Positions 19,629 through 28,434 of a stretch of 64,000 bases of DNA are shown here, piece by piece (position 1 is the stretch's first letter; each line of letters begins with the position of its first letter). The translations under genes were made by a program, and so were the position numbers. Source of the stretch: Acutalibacteraceae bacterium (GTDB lineage: Bacteria; Bacillota; Clostridia; Oscillospirales; Acutalibacteraceae); the NCBI GenBank assembly GCA_045538815.1, contig JAZQEE010000066.1:279-64278 (forward strand). The letters run 5' to 3'. The notes beneath the pieces were generated by a model. It made no database searches, was not told where the DNA came from, and saw nothing but the letters and a program-made list of their open reading frames with translations.

Positions 19629-20552
19629 ATGAAAAGCATTGAAAAATACACGTCGGAAATAATAAACAAGCTTGCGGAGAATCCGGAAAGATTTGTCTGC
19701 GAATGCTCGGAAAAGTATATTTCTGATGTCAGACGCACTGCGAAAACGGTTTATGAAAATGTCAATGTAAAAATCGTTATGCTTGCGGGTCCGAGCTCAT
19801 CGGGAAAAACAACAACAGCTTCGCTTCTTTCGAAGGAGGTTGAGCTTCTTGGCGGAAAGGCTTACACAGTTTCGCTTGACGATTTTTATCTTAGCCGCAG
19901 TGAGGGTTATCCCGTTGACGAAAACGGAGAGCCCGATTATGAATGCGTTGAGGCGCTTGATATTGAGCTTCTGCATTCCTGTCTCAGTCAGCTTATTGTT
20001 TCGGGCGAAAGCAGACTTCCCGTTTTTGATTTTACAACGGGAACCCGCCATGACGAAGCGAAGCATATAAAGCTTAATGATAAAGACTTCCTGATTGTTG
20101 AAGGGCTTCACGCCCTCAATCCCGTGATTACGGATAACCTTGATAAAGAAAGTCTGTATAAAATCTATGTCAGCGTTTCTTCGAGGGTTTATGATGAAAA
20201 CGGCGAGTCTTTTCTTTCAAAAAGAAATCTTCGTTTTTTAAGAAGAATGCTCAGGGATTACCGCTTCAGAGCAATGCCTGTTGAAGGAACGTTTGATATC
20301 TGGAAAAGCGTGACGAGGGGAGAGGATAAATATCTTTTTCCTTTTGAAGAAAATGCAGATGTCAGGCTCAATTCGTTCCATGCGTGTGAGCCCTGCGTTG
20401 TCGGCACTCAGGCGCTTGCCCTTCTGAGAGAAATAACAGACAGGGAATATGCCGAAAAAGCTGCTGAGCTTATTGCAAAGCTCGAAGTATTTAATAAAAT
20501 TGACAGTTCAATACTCCCGCAGGATTGTCTTTTAAGAGAATTTACAGGATAA
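19629..20552 (+). CDS. P-loop nucleoside/uridine kinase-like protein
   Basis: Walker A motif LAGPSSSGKTTT and a uridine-kinase-like core (IVEGLHALNP). Confidence 0.6.
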   Translation: MKSIEKYTSEIINKLAENPERFVCECSEKYISDVRRTAKTVYENVNVKIVMLAGPSSSGKTTTASLLSKEVELLGGKAYTVSLDDFYLSRSEGYPVDENGEPDYECVEALDIELLHSCLSQLIVSGESRLPVFDFTTGTRHDEAKHIKLNDKDFLIVEGLHALNPVITDNLDKESLYKIYVSVSSRVYDENGESFLSKRNLRFLRRMLRDYRFRAMPVEGTFDIWKSVTRGEDKYLFPFEENADVRLNSFHACEPCVVGTQALALLREITDREYAEKAAELIAKLEVFNKIDSSILPQDCLLREFTG

Positions 20553-20558
20553 AGGAGA

Positions 20559-22391
20559 GTGAGCCTTTTGGCTTCGGAAAAGAAACAGTCCGTTCTTAAC
20601 GGCGCAATGATGCTTATGTTTGCCGTGCTTCTTGTCAAGCTCATTGGTGTTTTATTCAAAATACCTCTGACGGATATGATAGGCATTGTAGGCAGAGGAT
20701 ATTTCAACTCAGCTTATGAGGTTTACACACCGATTTTTGCAATCTCGATGGCGGGATTGCCAGTTGCGGTTTCGCGTATGGTTGCTGAGAATGTGGCTCT
20801 TGACCGTTACCGTGAGGCGAGAGCGGTTTTCAATGTTTCAAAGAGAATATTTCTTATTGTCGGAACGGCAGGCACTCTGATTCTGCTTATCGCAGCTTAT
20901 CCTTACTGCGCTCTTGTTGCGGGAAAGCCCAGCATTCCCGCAGTTCTTTGCGTTGCACCTTCAATCTTCTTCTGTTGCTTCATGTCGGCTTACAGAGGCT
21001 ATTATGAAGGTTTGCGCAACATGACCCCCACCGCAATTTCTCAGGTTGTTGAAGCACTTGGGAAGCTTTTTATCGGTCTGCTTCTTGCCAAGATAGTTAT
21101 CGGCATAGGAGAGGGACAGTATGAAAGCGGAATGGCGGCGAGTGGAAATGTTTCCGCAACCGTTTTCGGCAATCAGGTAACAAGTCTCGCCGAAGCAAAC
21201 AGCGCAATCGTTCCGTGGGCAGCGGCAGCAGCGGTAATGGGTGTTACCGTCGGCTCTGTAGCCAGCACACTCTTCCTTTTGATTTGCTATAAAATCAAGG
21301 GTGACGGATTCACAAGAGTTCAGCTTGTCAATTCTCCCAAACCCCGTCAGGGTGAGGTTATTGCTAAGGAAATGATAAAGATTGCCATCCCCATGGTAAT
21401 CAGTGCGTTAATCCTTAACATAACAAATCTTATCGATACCGTAACAATTCAGACACGCCTCGCAACAGCGCTTGAAACCGATTTCAATACTGTTGTCGGA
21501 ATGCATTCGGATGCAATCAATGAAGCGGTCAATCTCTCAAGACTTGATCTTACCAATCAGGCGGAGGTTGTTAAATATCTCTGGGGTGCATACGGAACAG
21601 CCCTTGACTTCAGAAACCTTATTCCCACGATAACAATTCAGCTCGGCGTCAGCGCTCTTCCCGCCCTTGCGGCTGCATGGACCGTAAAGGATAAAAAAGG
21701 CGTTAAGTCAACAATAGAGACCGTTCTCAGAATCGGTATGCTTATAGCTCTTCCCGCAGGTATAGGAATGGCTTCTCTTTCAACACCTATCCTGACCATT
21801 CTTTACGGCAGAGGCGCAAGCTCTGATGCAATATCAATTGTTGCACCCATTCTTACCGCTTACGGACTTTCGACATTTATCATGGCGATTTCAACTCCGA
21901 TAACAAGCATGCTTCAGGCAATCGGAAGAACGGATATTCCTGTTAAATCCGTTGTTGTCGGTGCAATCTGTAAAATAACCTGCAACTTCATTCTTGTAGG
22001 CAATCCGAAAATAAACATCTACGGCGCAGTTGTCGGAACAATTCTTTTCTATGTTGTAATCGTTGCATGCAACTTCATTTCTCTTCTGAGAATTTCAAAG
22101 GTAAAGATCCGTTGGAGCTCAGTTTTTGTGAAGCCTCTCATCTGTGCCTCTCTCTGCGGTGTAACCGCTTTTGCGGCAAACGGACTTCTGACAAAGCTTT
22201 TCCCCTCGGACGCATCAGAAAGCCTTCTTAACATGGGAACGGTTTCAGCCGTTATCGCAATCGGTCTTGCTGTTGTCGTTTATGCAATTTCTCTTCTCCT
22301 CATTAAAGGAATTGCAAAAGAAGACGTTTCCGTTCTTCCAAAAGGAGAAAAAATTGCAAAAATACTTGAAAAATATGGTCTTTTAGGTTAA
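20559..22391 (+). CDS. MOP-superfamily flippase (YabM/MurJ/SpoVB-like)
   Basis: 610 aa and polytopic. The N-terminus SVLNGAMMLMFAVLLVKLIGVLFKIPL is typical of MurJ/SpoVB-type proteins. Its position before mazG matches B. subtilis yabM. Confidence 0.8.
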   Translation: MSLLASEKKQSVLNGAMMLMFAVLLVKLIGVLFKIPLTDMIGIVGRGYFNSAYEVYTPIFAISMAGLPVAVSRMVAENVALDRYREARAVFNVSKRIFLIVGTAGTLILLIAAYPYCALVAGKPSIPAVLCVAPSIFFCCFMSAYRGYYEGLRNMTPTAISQVVEALGKLFIGLLLAKIVIGIGEGQYESGMAASGNVSATVFGNQVTSLAEANSAIVPWAAAAAVMGVTVGSVASTLFLLICYKIKGDGFTRVQLVNSPKPRQGEVIAKEMIKIAIPMVISALILNITNLIDTVTIQTRLATALETDFNTVVGMHSDAINEAVNLSRLDLTNQAEVVKYLWGAYGTALDFRNLIPTITIQLGVSALPALAAAWTVKDKKGVKSTIETVLRIGMLIALPAGIGMASLSTPILTILYGRGASSDAISIVAPILTAYGLSTFIMAISTPITSMLQAIGRTDIPVKSVVVGAICKITCNFILVGNPKINIYGAVVGTILFYVVIVACNFISLLRISKVKIRWSSVFVKPLICASLCGVTAFAANGLLTKLFPSDASESLLNMGTVSAVIAIGLAVVVYAISLLLIKGIAKEDVSVLPKGEKIAKILEKYGLLG

Positions 22392-22424
22392 AATAGAAAA
22401 AAGATTTGCTCGGAGGTGCCTCAA

Positions 22425-23222
22425 ATGCTTGACTTTCAGTTCAAAGACTGTTATGATATGCAAGACTTATTGAGTATTATGAAAATCCTCAGAGCACCGG
22501 GCGGATGCCCTTGGGATGCGGAGCAGACTCATCAGAGCATAAAGAAAAACCTTATCGAAGAAACCTATGAGGTAATCGAGGCAATCAATAAGGAAGATAA
22601 TGTTCTTCTTTGCGAAGAACTCGGCGATTTGCTTATGCAGGTTGTTTTTCATGCTCAGATGGAAGAAGAGACGGGAGCATTCAGATTCAATGATGTTACC
22701 GACGGCGTCTGCAAAAAGCTTATCGAACGCCATCCTCATATTTTCGGTGAGGTCAGCGTTTCGGGCGTTGACGATGTACTGACCAACTGGGATGCGATAA
22801 AACGCAAAACCAAAGGGCAGAAAACAACGGGTGATTCAATGCTCAGCGTTCCTCGTGAGCTTCCCGCACTCATGAGAGCAGCGAAGCTTCAGAAAAAGGC
22901 GGCAGATGTCGGCTTTGACTGGAACGATGTTTCAGGTGCGCTCGATAAAATATCCGAAGAAGCTGTAGAGCTTAGGGCGGCGATTGACAATAAAGACAGT
23001 GAGAATATGTCCGAAGAGCTCGGCGATTTGCTTTTCTCGGTTGTCAATGTATCCCGCTTTATCAAAGTGGATGCAGAAGAAGCGCTTACCGCAGCGAACG
23101 ATAAATTCCTTGCAAGATTTGTTCAGGTTGAGAAGCTTGCGAAAGAGCGCGGAATTGATATGAAAGCTTCGTCACTTGAAGAGCTTGATGCTCTCTGGGA
23201 CGAAGTAAAACAAATGAAGTGA
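22425..23222 (+). CDS. mazG: nucleoside triphosphate pyrophosphohydrolase MazG
   Basis: Tandem MazG domains (EETYEVIEAI...LGDLL twice). ATG at 22425 follows GGAGG. Confidence 0.9.
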   Translation: MLDFQFKDCYDMQDLLSIMKILRAPGGCPWDAEQTHQSIKKNLIEETYEVIEAINKEDNVLLCEELGDLLMQVVFHAQMEEETGAFRFNDVTDGVCKKLIERHPHIFGEVSVSGVDDVLTNWDAIKRKTKGQKTTGDSMLSVPRELPALMRAAKLQKKAADVGFDWNDVSGALDKISEEAVELRAAIDNKDSENMSEELGDLLFSVVNVSRFIKVDAEEALTAANDKFLARFVQVEKLAKERGIDMKASSLEELDALWDEVKQMK

Positions 23223-23278
23223 ATATGAATACCTTGGTATTTCATAAATAGAAAAACAAAAGATTGGAGTAAGACAAA

Positions 23279-23554
23279 ATGAATAAGACAGAACTCGTAA
23301 ACGCAATTGCTAAGAACGAAGGCATCGAAAAGAAGTGTGCAGAGAAAGCTGTTAATGCTGTTTTCGCAGCAGTTGCAGATGCTCTTGCAGCAGGCGAGAA
23401 GGTTCAGCTCGTTGGTTTCGGTACATTTGAGGTTCGTGCTCGTGCAGAGAAGAAGGCTCGCAATCCCCAGACAGGCGCAGAAATCGTTGTTCCCGCAACA
23501 AAGGTTCCCGCTTTCAAGGCTGGCGCAGCTCTCAAGGCAAAGGTAGCAAAATAA
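23279..23554 (+). CDS. hup: HU family DNA-binding protein
   Basis: MNKTELVNAIA...GFGTFEVRARAEKKARNPQTG, the canonical HU sequence, 91 aa. Confidence 0.95.
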   Translation: MNKTELVNAIAKNEGIEKKCAEKAVNAVFAAVADALAAGEKVQLVGFGTFEVRARAEKKARNPQTGAEIVVPATKVPAFKAGAALKAKVAK

Positions 23555-23567
23555 GTTAAGCGTTTTC

Positions 23568-23596
23568 AGTAACCACCGAGCAATCGGTGGTTACTC
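23568..23596 (+). terminator. hairpin after hup
   Basis: AGTAACCACCGA / TCGGTGGTTACT 12-bp stem with a weak T-tract. It may attenuate rather than fully terminate. Confidence 0.55.
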
Positions 23597-23614
23597 AATT
23601 TGAGGGGGAATATA

Positions 23615-23854
23615 ATGAGATTGGACAAATACCTGAAGGTTTCAAGAATAATCAAGAGACGCACCGTTGCAAACGAAGCATGTGACGCAAAACATGTTAC
23701 CGTTAACGGCAAGGTCGCAAGAGCATCTTATGATGTCAAAGTCGGCGATATAATCGAAATAACCTTCGGTTCAAACACAAGTAAGTTCGAGGTGCTCAAT
23801 GTCAGTGAGCACGCAACAAAAGAAAGTGCGGCTTTAATGTTCAAAGCCCTCTGA
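23615..23854 (+). CDS. yabO: S4-domain RNA-binding protein (YabO-like)
   Basis: MRLDKYLKVSRIIKRRT S4 motif. ATG at 23615 follows a GAGGGGGA RBS. Synteny with B. subtilis yabO. Confidence 0.85.
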   Translation: MRLDKYLKVSRIIKRRTVANEACDAKHVTVNGKVARASYDVKVGDIIEITFGSNTSKFEVLNVSEHATKESAALMFKAL

Positions 23855-23912
23855 GAATAATTAAACCTCCCGAAGCATATCATTTATCGAATGCTAAAGG
23901 GAGGTTTTTTAT

Positions 23913-24200
23913 ATGACAGATGAAAAAAGAACGGCGGTCGTTCCGCACAATATCGTGCTTGAAGGCAGAAGAATGCTTACGGTTTCGGGGGTATCCGATG
24001 TTGACAGCTTCGACGAGGAAACAGTTGTTATTTTTACCGAACTCGGTGAGCTTACGGTCAGGGGAGCCAATCTTCACATAAACAAGCTCAGCGTTGATGT
24101 CGGCGAGCTTACTGTTGAAGGGGATATCTCTGCTCTTATCTATTCCGAAAACACCAACAGCGGCAGCAGCGGCGGCTTCTTCAGCAGAGTGTTCAGATAA
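23913..24200 (+). CDS. yabP: sporulation protein YabP
   Basis: HNIVLEGRRMLTVSGVSDVDSFDEETVVIFTELGELTVRGANLHI matches the YabP family pattern. GGAGG RBS. Confidence 0.85.
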   Translation: MTDEKRTAVVPHNIVLEGRRMLTVSGVSDVDSFDEETVVIFTELGELTVRGANLHINKLSVDVGELTVEGDISALIYSENTNSGSSGGFFSRVFR

Positions 24201-24201
24201 A

Positions 24202-24729
24202 ATGGTATATATTCAGGGCGTTGCTGAGCAGACCCGTCTTTTTCTGCTTTCAATAGGCTTCGGCTTTCTTCTCGGAATTCTTTATGATGTTTTCAGAACT
24301 GTGCGTCTGGTTATTTCGGATTCAAAGGGTTTTGTAATATTTATGGATTTGCTCTATTTTGCCTTTTGCACTTTTCTGAATTTTTGTTATCTTCTGACTC
24401 TTGACTACGGTAAAATAAGATTTTACATCGTTTTTGCCGAGCTTCTCGGCTGGCTGATTTATTATTTCTCTTTTGGTGCAATTGCTGTCAGAGTGAGCCG
24501 CTTTATTTCAGGGCTCATAAAGCGGTTTTTCAGGCTGCTTACAAAGCCAATTAAATTCATTTTGAGAAAAATAAAGCCTGCATATATTAAAGTAATTAAG
24601 TTTTTTAAAAAAATATTTAGAAAAAGCAATAAAAAAGCAAAATTTAGCTTGCAAAAGAGACGGGGTATAGTGTATAATCTAAGAGGTTATTTGGAAAAGT
24701 GTTCCCAAACTAAAAAACAGAGGAATTGA
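24202..24729 (+). CDS. yabQ: spore cortex biosynthesis protein YabQ
   Basis: In-frame ATG at 24202, 2 nt after the yabP stop (MVYIQGVAEQTRLFLLSIGFGFLLGILYDVFR). Several TM segments and a basic tail. Synteny. Confidence 0.7.
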   Translation: MVYIQGVAEQTRLFLLSIGFGFLLGILYDVFRTVRLVISDSKGFVIFMDLLYFAFCTFLNFCYLLTLDYGKIRFYIVFAELLGWLIYYFSFGAIAVRVSRFISGLIKRFFRLLTKPIKFILRKIKPAYIKVIKFFKKIFRKSNKKAKFSLQKRRGIVYNLRGYLEKCSQTKKQRN

Positions 24730-24733
24730 CCGT

Positions 24734-25039
24734 ATGTCTGAGAATATAAAAATCAAAAAGGAGCGCAAGTTCAGCTTTATTGCAGTTACAGCTTTGTTTC
24801 TGGTTTCCTGCATGTTTATTGCAACGATAATCAGCCTCAGAGCCGAAGCAAAAGAACAGGAGCGTTACATAGCGGAGCTTGAGTCTGAACACACAAGCCA
24901 GCTCGCAGAGAATGAAGCCCTTTCAGAGCTTATCGAGATGGGCGATGAAGCCGAGTACATTGAACGCATAGCAAGAGAAAAATACGGCTATGCAATGCCC
25001 GAAGAGAGAGTCTATTACGACTCTGCTGCTGTGTCATAA
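24734..25039 (+). CDS. divIC: septum formation initiator (DivIC/FtsB family)
   Basis: Single TM, then a coiled-coil and the conserved ERIAREKYGY motif. Synteny after yabQ. Confidence 0.8.
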   Translation: MSENIKIKKERKFSFIAVTALFLVSCMFIATIISLRAEAKEQERYIAELESEHTSQLAENEALSELIEMGDEAEYIERIAREKYGYAMPEERVYYDSAAVS

Positions 25040-25094
25040 AACTGCTTTGTCAGTTTCTTATATTATTTTTATTACGGAAGGATCATCATAACGT

Positions 25095-25565
25095 ATGCAA
25101 ATCGAAGAAGGCACAATAGTCAGCGGAAAAGTAACAGGCTTAACGGATTTCGGAGCTTTTGTTGAAATTGAAGGCGGCAAAACAGGAATGATACATATTT
25201 CTGAGGTTGCTTCCGATTACGTTAAGGATATCAAGCAGCATCTTTCAGTTGGCCAGGAGGTCAAAACAAAGGTTATTTCAGTCAGCCCCGAGGGCAAAAT
25301 CAGTCTTTCCATCAGAAAGCTTAACGATCAGCCCAAAGAGCAGAAGCCTCAGCGTCCCATGAAGCCCAGAGGCGAAAGACGTTCCTCACCTCAGGTATGG
25401 AACGGTCCCAAAACAAGTGCCCCTGCAGCAGGCGAAAAGCAGTCTTTTGAGGATATGATGGCTCGCTTCAAGCAGGTCAGTGACGAGAAAATGACCGACC
25501 TTAAGCGTGCAAGCGATTCAAAAAGAGGCGGCGGCGGATATTCCCGCAGAGGCTCAAAGCAATAA
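25095..25565 (+). CDS. yabR: S1-domain RNA-binding protein (YabR-like)
   Basis: S1 fold signature GTIVSGKVTGLTDFGAFVEIEGGKTGMIHISEVA and a basic disordered tail. Confidence 0.85.
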   Translation: MQIEEGTIVSGKVTGLTDFGAFVEIEGGKTGMIHISEVASDYVKDIKQHLSVGQEVKTKVISVSPEGKISLSIRKLNDQPKEQKPQRPMKPRGERRSSPQVWNGPKTSAPAAGEKQSFEDMMARFKQVSDEKMTDLKRASDSKRGGGGYSRRGSKQ

Positions 25566-25618
25566 GTTTTAGCAAGGCGAAAGCATTTGTTTAATCCTTG
25601 TTGTCAGTTTTAAAAATC

Positions 25619-25647
25619 AACGGGGGTCTTTGCCCCCGTTTTTTTAT
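25619..25647 (+). terminator. rho-independent terminator after yabR
   Basis: AACGGGGG / CCCCCGTT stem followed by TTTTTTT. Confidence 0.8.
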
Positions 25648-25666
25648 GGAGAGAAGAGGTTGTTTT

Positions 25667-26509
25667 ATGCGAGAGCTTGAAGTTTCTCTGATAACAAAAG
25701 TCGTCAGAGACCTCTGCATCTCGGCGAATAAAGAGTTGCCCGAGGACTTGGAAAAAAGAATATGTGAATGCGGTGAATGCGAAAAATGTGAGCTTCCCAA
25801 AAGCATAATGAAATCCCTCAAGGATAACATTGATGCCGCAAGAGAGCTTGATATTCCGATTTGTCAGGATACGGGCATGGCGGTTGTTTTTGCAGAAATA
25901 GGGCAGGAGGTTCATCTTGTCGGCGGCAGCTTTGAGGAAGCTGTTAACAAAGGTGTTTCTGCAGGATATACCGAAGGCTATCTTCGCTGCTCCGTTGTAA
26001 AAGACCCTCTCAGAAGAGTCAATACGGGAGATAATACACCTGCGGTGATTCATACCAGAATTGTTGAGGGTGATAAAGTAAATATAACCGTTGCTCCCAA
26101 AGGCTTCGGCAGTGAAAATATGAGCTGCCTTAAAATGTTTACCCCGTCAGCAACAAGAGAAGACATTATAGACTTTGTTGTAAACGCCGTGAAAACGGCG
26201 GGCAGCAATCCTTGCCCTCCGATGGTGCTCGGAGTCGGAATCGGCGGCACTTTTGAGCAATGCGCTCTGCTTGCCAAAACAGCTCTTTGCAGAAGCATCA
26301 GCGAGCGGAACCCCGATGAATATTACTCATCAATGGAAGAGGAAATGCTCGGAAGAATAAATAAGCTTGACATCGGACCTCAGGGCTTCGGCGGCGAAAC
26401 AACCGCTCTGAGCGTTGCAATTGAAGCAAGACCTACTCATATTGCGGGCTTACCCGTTGCGGTCAATGTCGGATGTCATGTTACAAGGCATAAATCAGCC
26501 GAAATATAA
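25667..26509 (+). CDS. Fe-S-type hydro-lyase (fumarate/tartrate dehydratase class I), alpha subunit only
   Basis: ATG at 25667 lies after the terminator; the ORF-track extension crosses the hairpin. Motifs ICQDTGMAVVF, NTPAVIH and GVGIGGT are typical of the FumA/TtdA alpha region. 280 aa. Confidence 0.85.
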   Translation: MRELEVSLITKVVRDLCISANKELPEDLEKRICECGECEKCELPKSIMKSLKDNIDAARELDIPICQDTGMAVVFAEIGQEVHLVGGSFEEAVNKGVSAGYTEGYLRCSVVKDPLRRVNTGDNTPAVIHTRIVEGDKVNITVAPKGFGSENMSCLKMFTPSATREDIIDFVVNAVKTAGSNPCPPMVLGVGIGGTFEQCALLAKTALCRSISERNPDEYYSSMEEEMLGRINKLDIGPQGFGGETTALSVAIEARPTHIAGLPVAVNVGCHVTRHKSAEI

Positions 26510-26674
26510 GAACAAATAAAACTTAATATTGCATATAGTTATCCGATTTATGAATTTTTGGTGAAATCATTAAAAAATTCAAAAAAACACTTTATTTTTT
26601 TGTTTATATATGCTACAATTTAAACGAAGAAAGATTTATCTTTTCTTCAGAAGCATTTTAAAGGAGATGACTAT

Positions 26675-27202
26675 ATGAAAATCACAATTACAGGTAGAAA
26701 GTGTTCACCCAGAGAATCCTTCAAGGATCATGCCGAGAAAAAGCTCACAAAAATCGAGAAGTTTTTCGGACCTGAGGCAGAAGCTAAAATAACGGTAACT
26801 GTTGAGAAGTCATCGCAAACCGTTGAAATCACCGTTGCAAATGGCGGAATGATTTTCAGGGCTCAGGAGAGAGCGGAAAACATGAATGAAGCTCTTGACA
26901 AATGTGTTGATACTCTTATCAGACAGATTCGTAAAAACAAAACCCGTCTTGAGAAGAAGCTCAGAGCGGCAAGCTTTGAAGCTTTTGCAGAGGCAGATCC
27001 CGTTCCGGAGGAAGTTGACTACGAGCTTGTCAGAAAGAAAACCGTTGTTCTCAAGCCCCAGTCGGTTGAAGAGGCAATTCTTCAGATGAATCTTGTTGGT
27101 CACCAGTTTTATGTTTTCCTTGATGAGGAAAACGGTGATGTAAGCGTTGTTTATAAGCGCAGCGACGGCGGATACGGACTTATCACACCTGAGGTTGAAT
27201 GA
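26675..27202 (+). CDS. hpf: ribosome hibernation promoting factor, long form
   Basis: MKITITGRK...HAEKKLTKIEKFF N-terminal domain plus a C-terminal dimerisation domain (FYVFLDEENGDVSVVYKRSDGGYGLI). Confidence 0.95.
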   Translation: MKITITGRKCSPRESFKDHAEKKLTKIEKFFGPEAEAKITVTVEKSSQTVEITVANGGMIFRAQERAENMNEALDKCVDTLIRQIRKNKTRLEKKLRAASFEAFAEADPVPEEVDYELVRKKTVVLKPQSVEEAILQMNLVGHQFYVFLDEENGDVSVVYKRSDGGYGLITPEVE

Positions 27203-27249
27203 TGAATCCTGCCGCACTCCGGTGCGATAAATATAGCAGACAGTATGTG

Positions 27250-27285
27250 GCGGGAATCGGTTTCGGTTCCCGCTTTAATATTTTT
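27250..27285 (+). terminator. rho-independent terminator after hpf
   Basis: GCGGGAATCG / CGGTTCCCGC stem followed by TTTAATATTTTT. Confidence 0.7.
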
Positions 27286-27298
27286 CAGGAGAGTTTTG

Positions 27299-28414
27299 AT
27301 GAAGATAAATTTTGTTATTCCCTGCCTTCTGGGAATTGAATCCCTTATTGCAGGGGAGCTGAAGGATTTAGGCGCAGAGAATGTTACCGCCGAAAACGGA
27401 AGAGTTCTTTTCAGCGGCGATGAGAATATTCTTGCAAGAGTCAATATCTGCTCAAGGTTTGCGGAAAGAGTCCAGATTCTTGTCGGCTCATTTGAGGCAA
27501 GAAGCTTTGAGGAGCTTTTTCAGGGCGCAAAGGCTCTGCCGTGGGAAGAATGGATTGGCTCGAGAGATGCCTTCCCTGTTAAGGGATATTCAATCAACTC
27601 AACGCTTTTCAGCACCCGTGACTGTCAGGCGATAATCAAAAAAGCGGTTGTTGAAAGAATGAAATCGAAATACGGCATTGAGTGGTTTGAAGAAACAGGT
27701 CCCGTTCATCAGATTCAGTTTTCAATAATGAAAGACAAGGTTTCTCTTCTTATTGATACTTCCGGCATGGGTCTTCACAAGAGAGGATACCGCCTTGATG
27801 CGAACGGCGCACCGATAAAGGAAACTCTTGCGGCGGCGCTTTGCAGTCTTTCGCATCTCAGACCTTATCACAAGCTTTATGACCCCATGTGCGGCTCGGG
27901 AACAATAATTATTGAAGGCGCAATGATGGCGGCTAATATTGCCCCCGGTCTTAACCGCAGCTTTTCCGCTGAACGCTTCGGCGTAATTCCGAGAAATGTG
28001 TGGGAAGAAGAGAGGGAAAGAGCAAGAAGCCTTGTACGCGAAGCCCACGATTTTGAAGCCTTCGGCTCTGATATTGACCCTAAAGCAATCGAAATCGCAA
28101 AGATAAATGCTCAGAGAGCGGGCGTTTCGGATATGGTGGATTTTTCGGTTGGCGATGTTAAGAAGTTTGCGCCAAAAAGCGAAAAAGGAACTCTTATCTG
28201 CAACCCACCTTACGGTGAAAGACTTCTTGACCTTAACGAATGCGAGGCTATTTACCGTGAAATGGGCAAGGTTTTTGAGAAAAAACACGGCTGGTCTTAC
28301 AGCATAATCAGCCCTGATGAGGAGTTTGAAACAGCTTTCGGAAGAAAGGCTGATAAACGCAGAAAGCTCTATAACGGCATGATAAAATGTCAGTTATTTA
28401 TGTATTATAAATAA
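27299..28414 (+). CDS. THUMP-domain class I SAM-dependent RNA methyltransferase (RlmL/YpsC-like)
   Basis: ATG at 27299 after a CAGGAGAG RBS. SAM-binding motif DPMCGSGT and catalytic NPPYGERL. Confidence 0.85.
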   Translation: MKINFVIPCLLGIESLIAGELKDLGAENVTAENGRVLFSGDENILARVNICSRFAERVQILVGSFEARSFEELFQGAKALPWEEWIGSRDAFPVKGYSINSTLFSTRDCQAIIKKAVVERMKSKYGIEWFEETGPVHQIQFSIMKDKVSLLIDTSGMGLHKRGYRLDANGAPIKETLAAALCSLSHLRPYHKLYDPMCGSGTIIIEGAMMAANIAPGLNRSFSAERFGVIPRNVWEEERERARSLVREAHDFEAFGSDIDPKAIEIAKINAQRAGVSDMVDFSVGDVKKFAPKSEKGTLICNPPYGERLLDLNECEAIYREMGKVFEKKHGWSYSIISPDEEFETAFGRKADKRRKLYNGMIKCQLFMYYK

Positions 28415-28434
28415 TCGGAGAGGAAAGATTTAAA

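Noticed and set aside
24094-24201. N-terminal extension of the yabQ ORF overlapping yabP by 107 nt
   Set aside because: The extension has no RBS and encodes low-complexity sequence (TAAAAASSAE). An in-frame ATG at 24202, right after the yabP stop, gives the conserved YabQ N-terminus.
25598-25666. N-terminal extension of the fumarase-alpha ORF
   Set aside because: The extension would be translated through the yabR rho-independent terminator hairpin. ATG 25667 has an RBS and yields the expected N-terminus.
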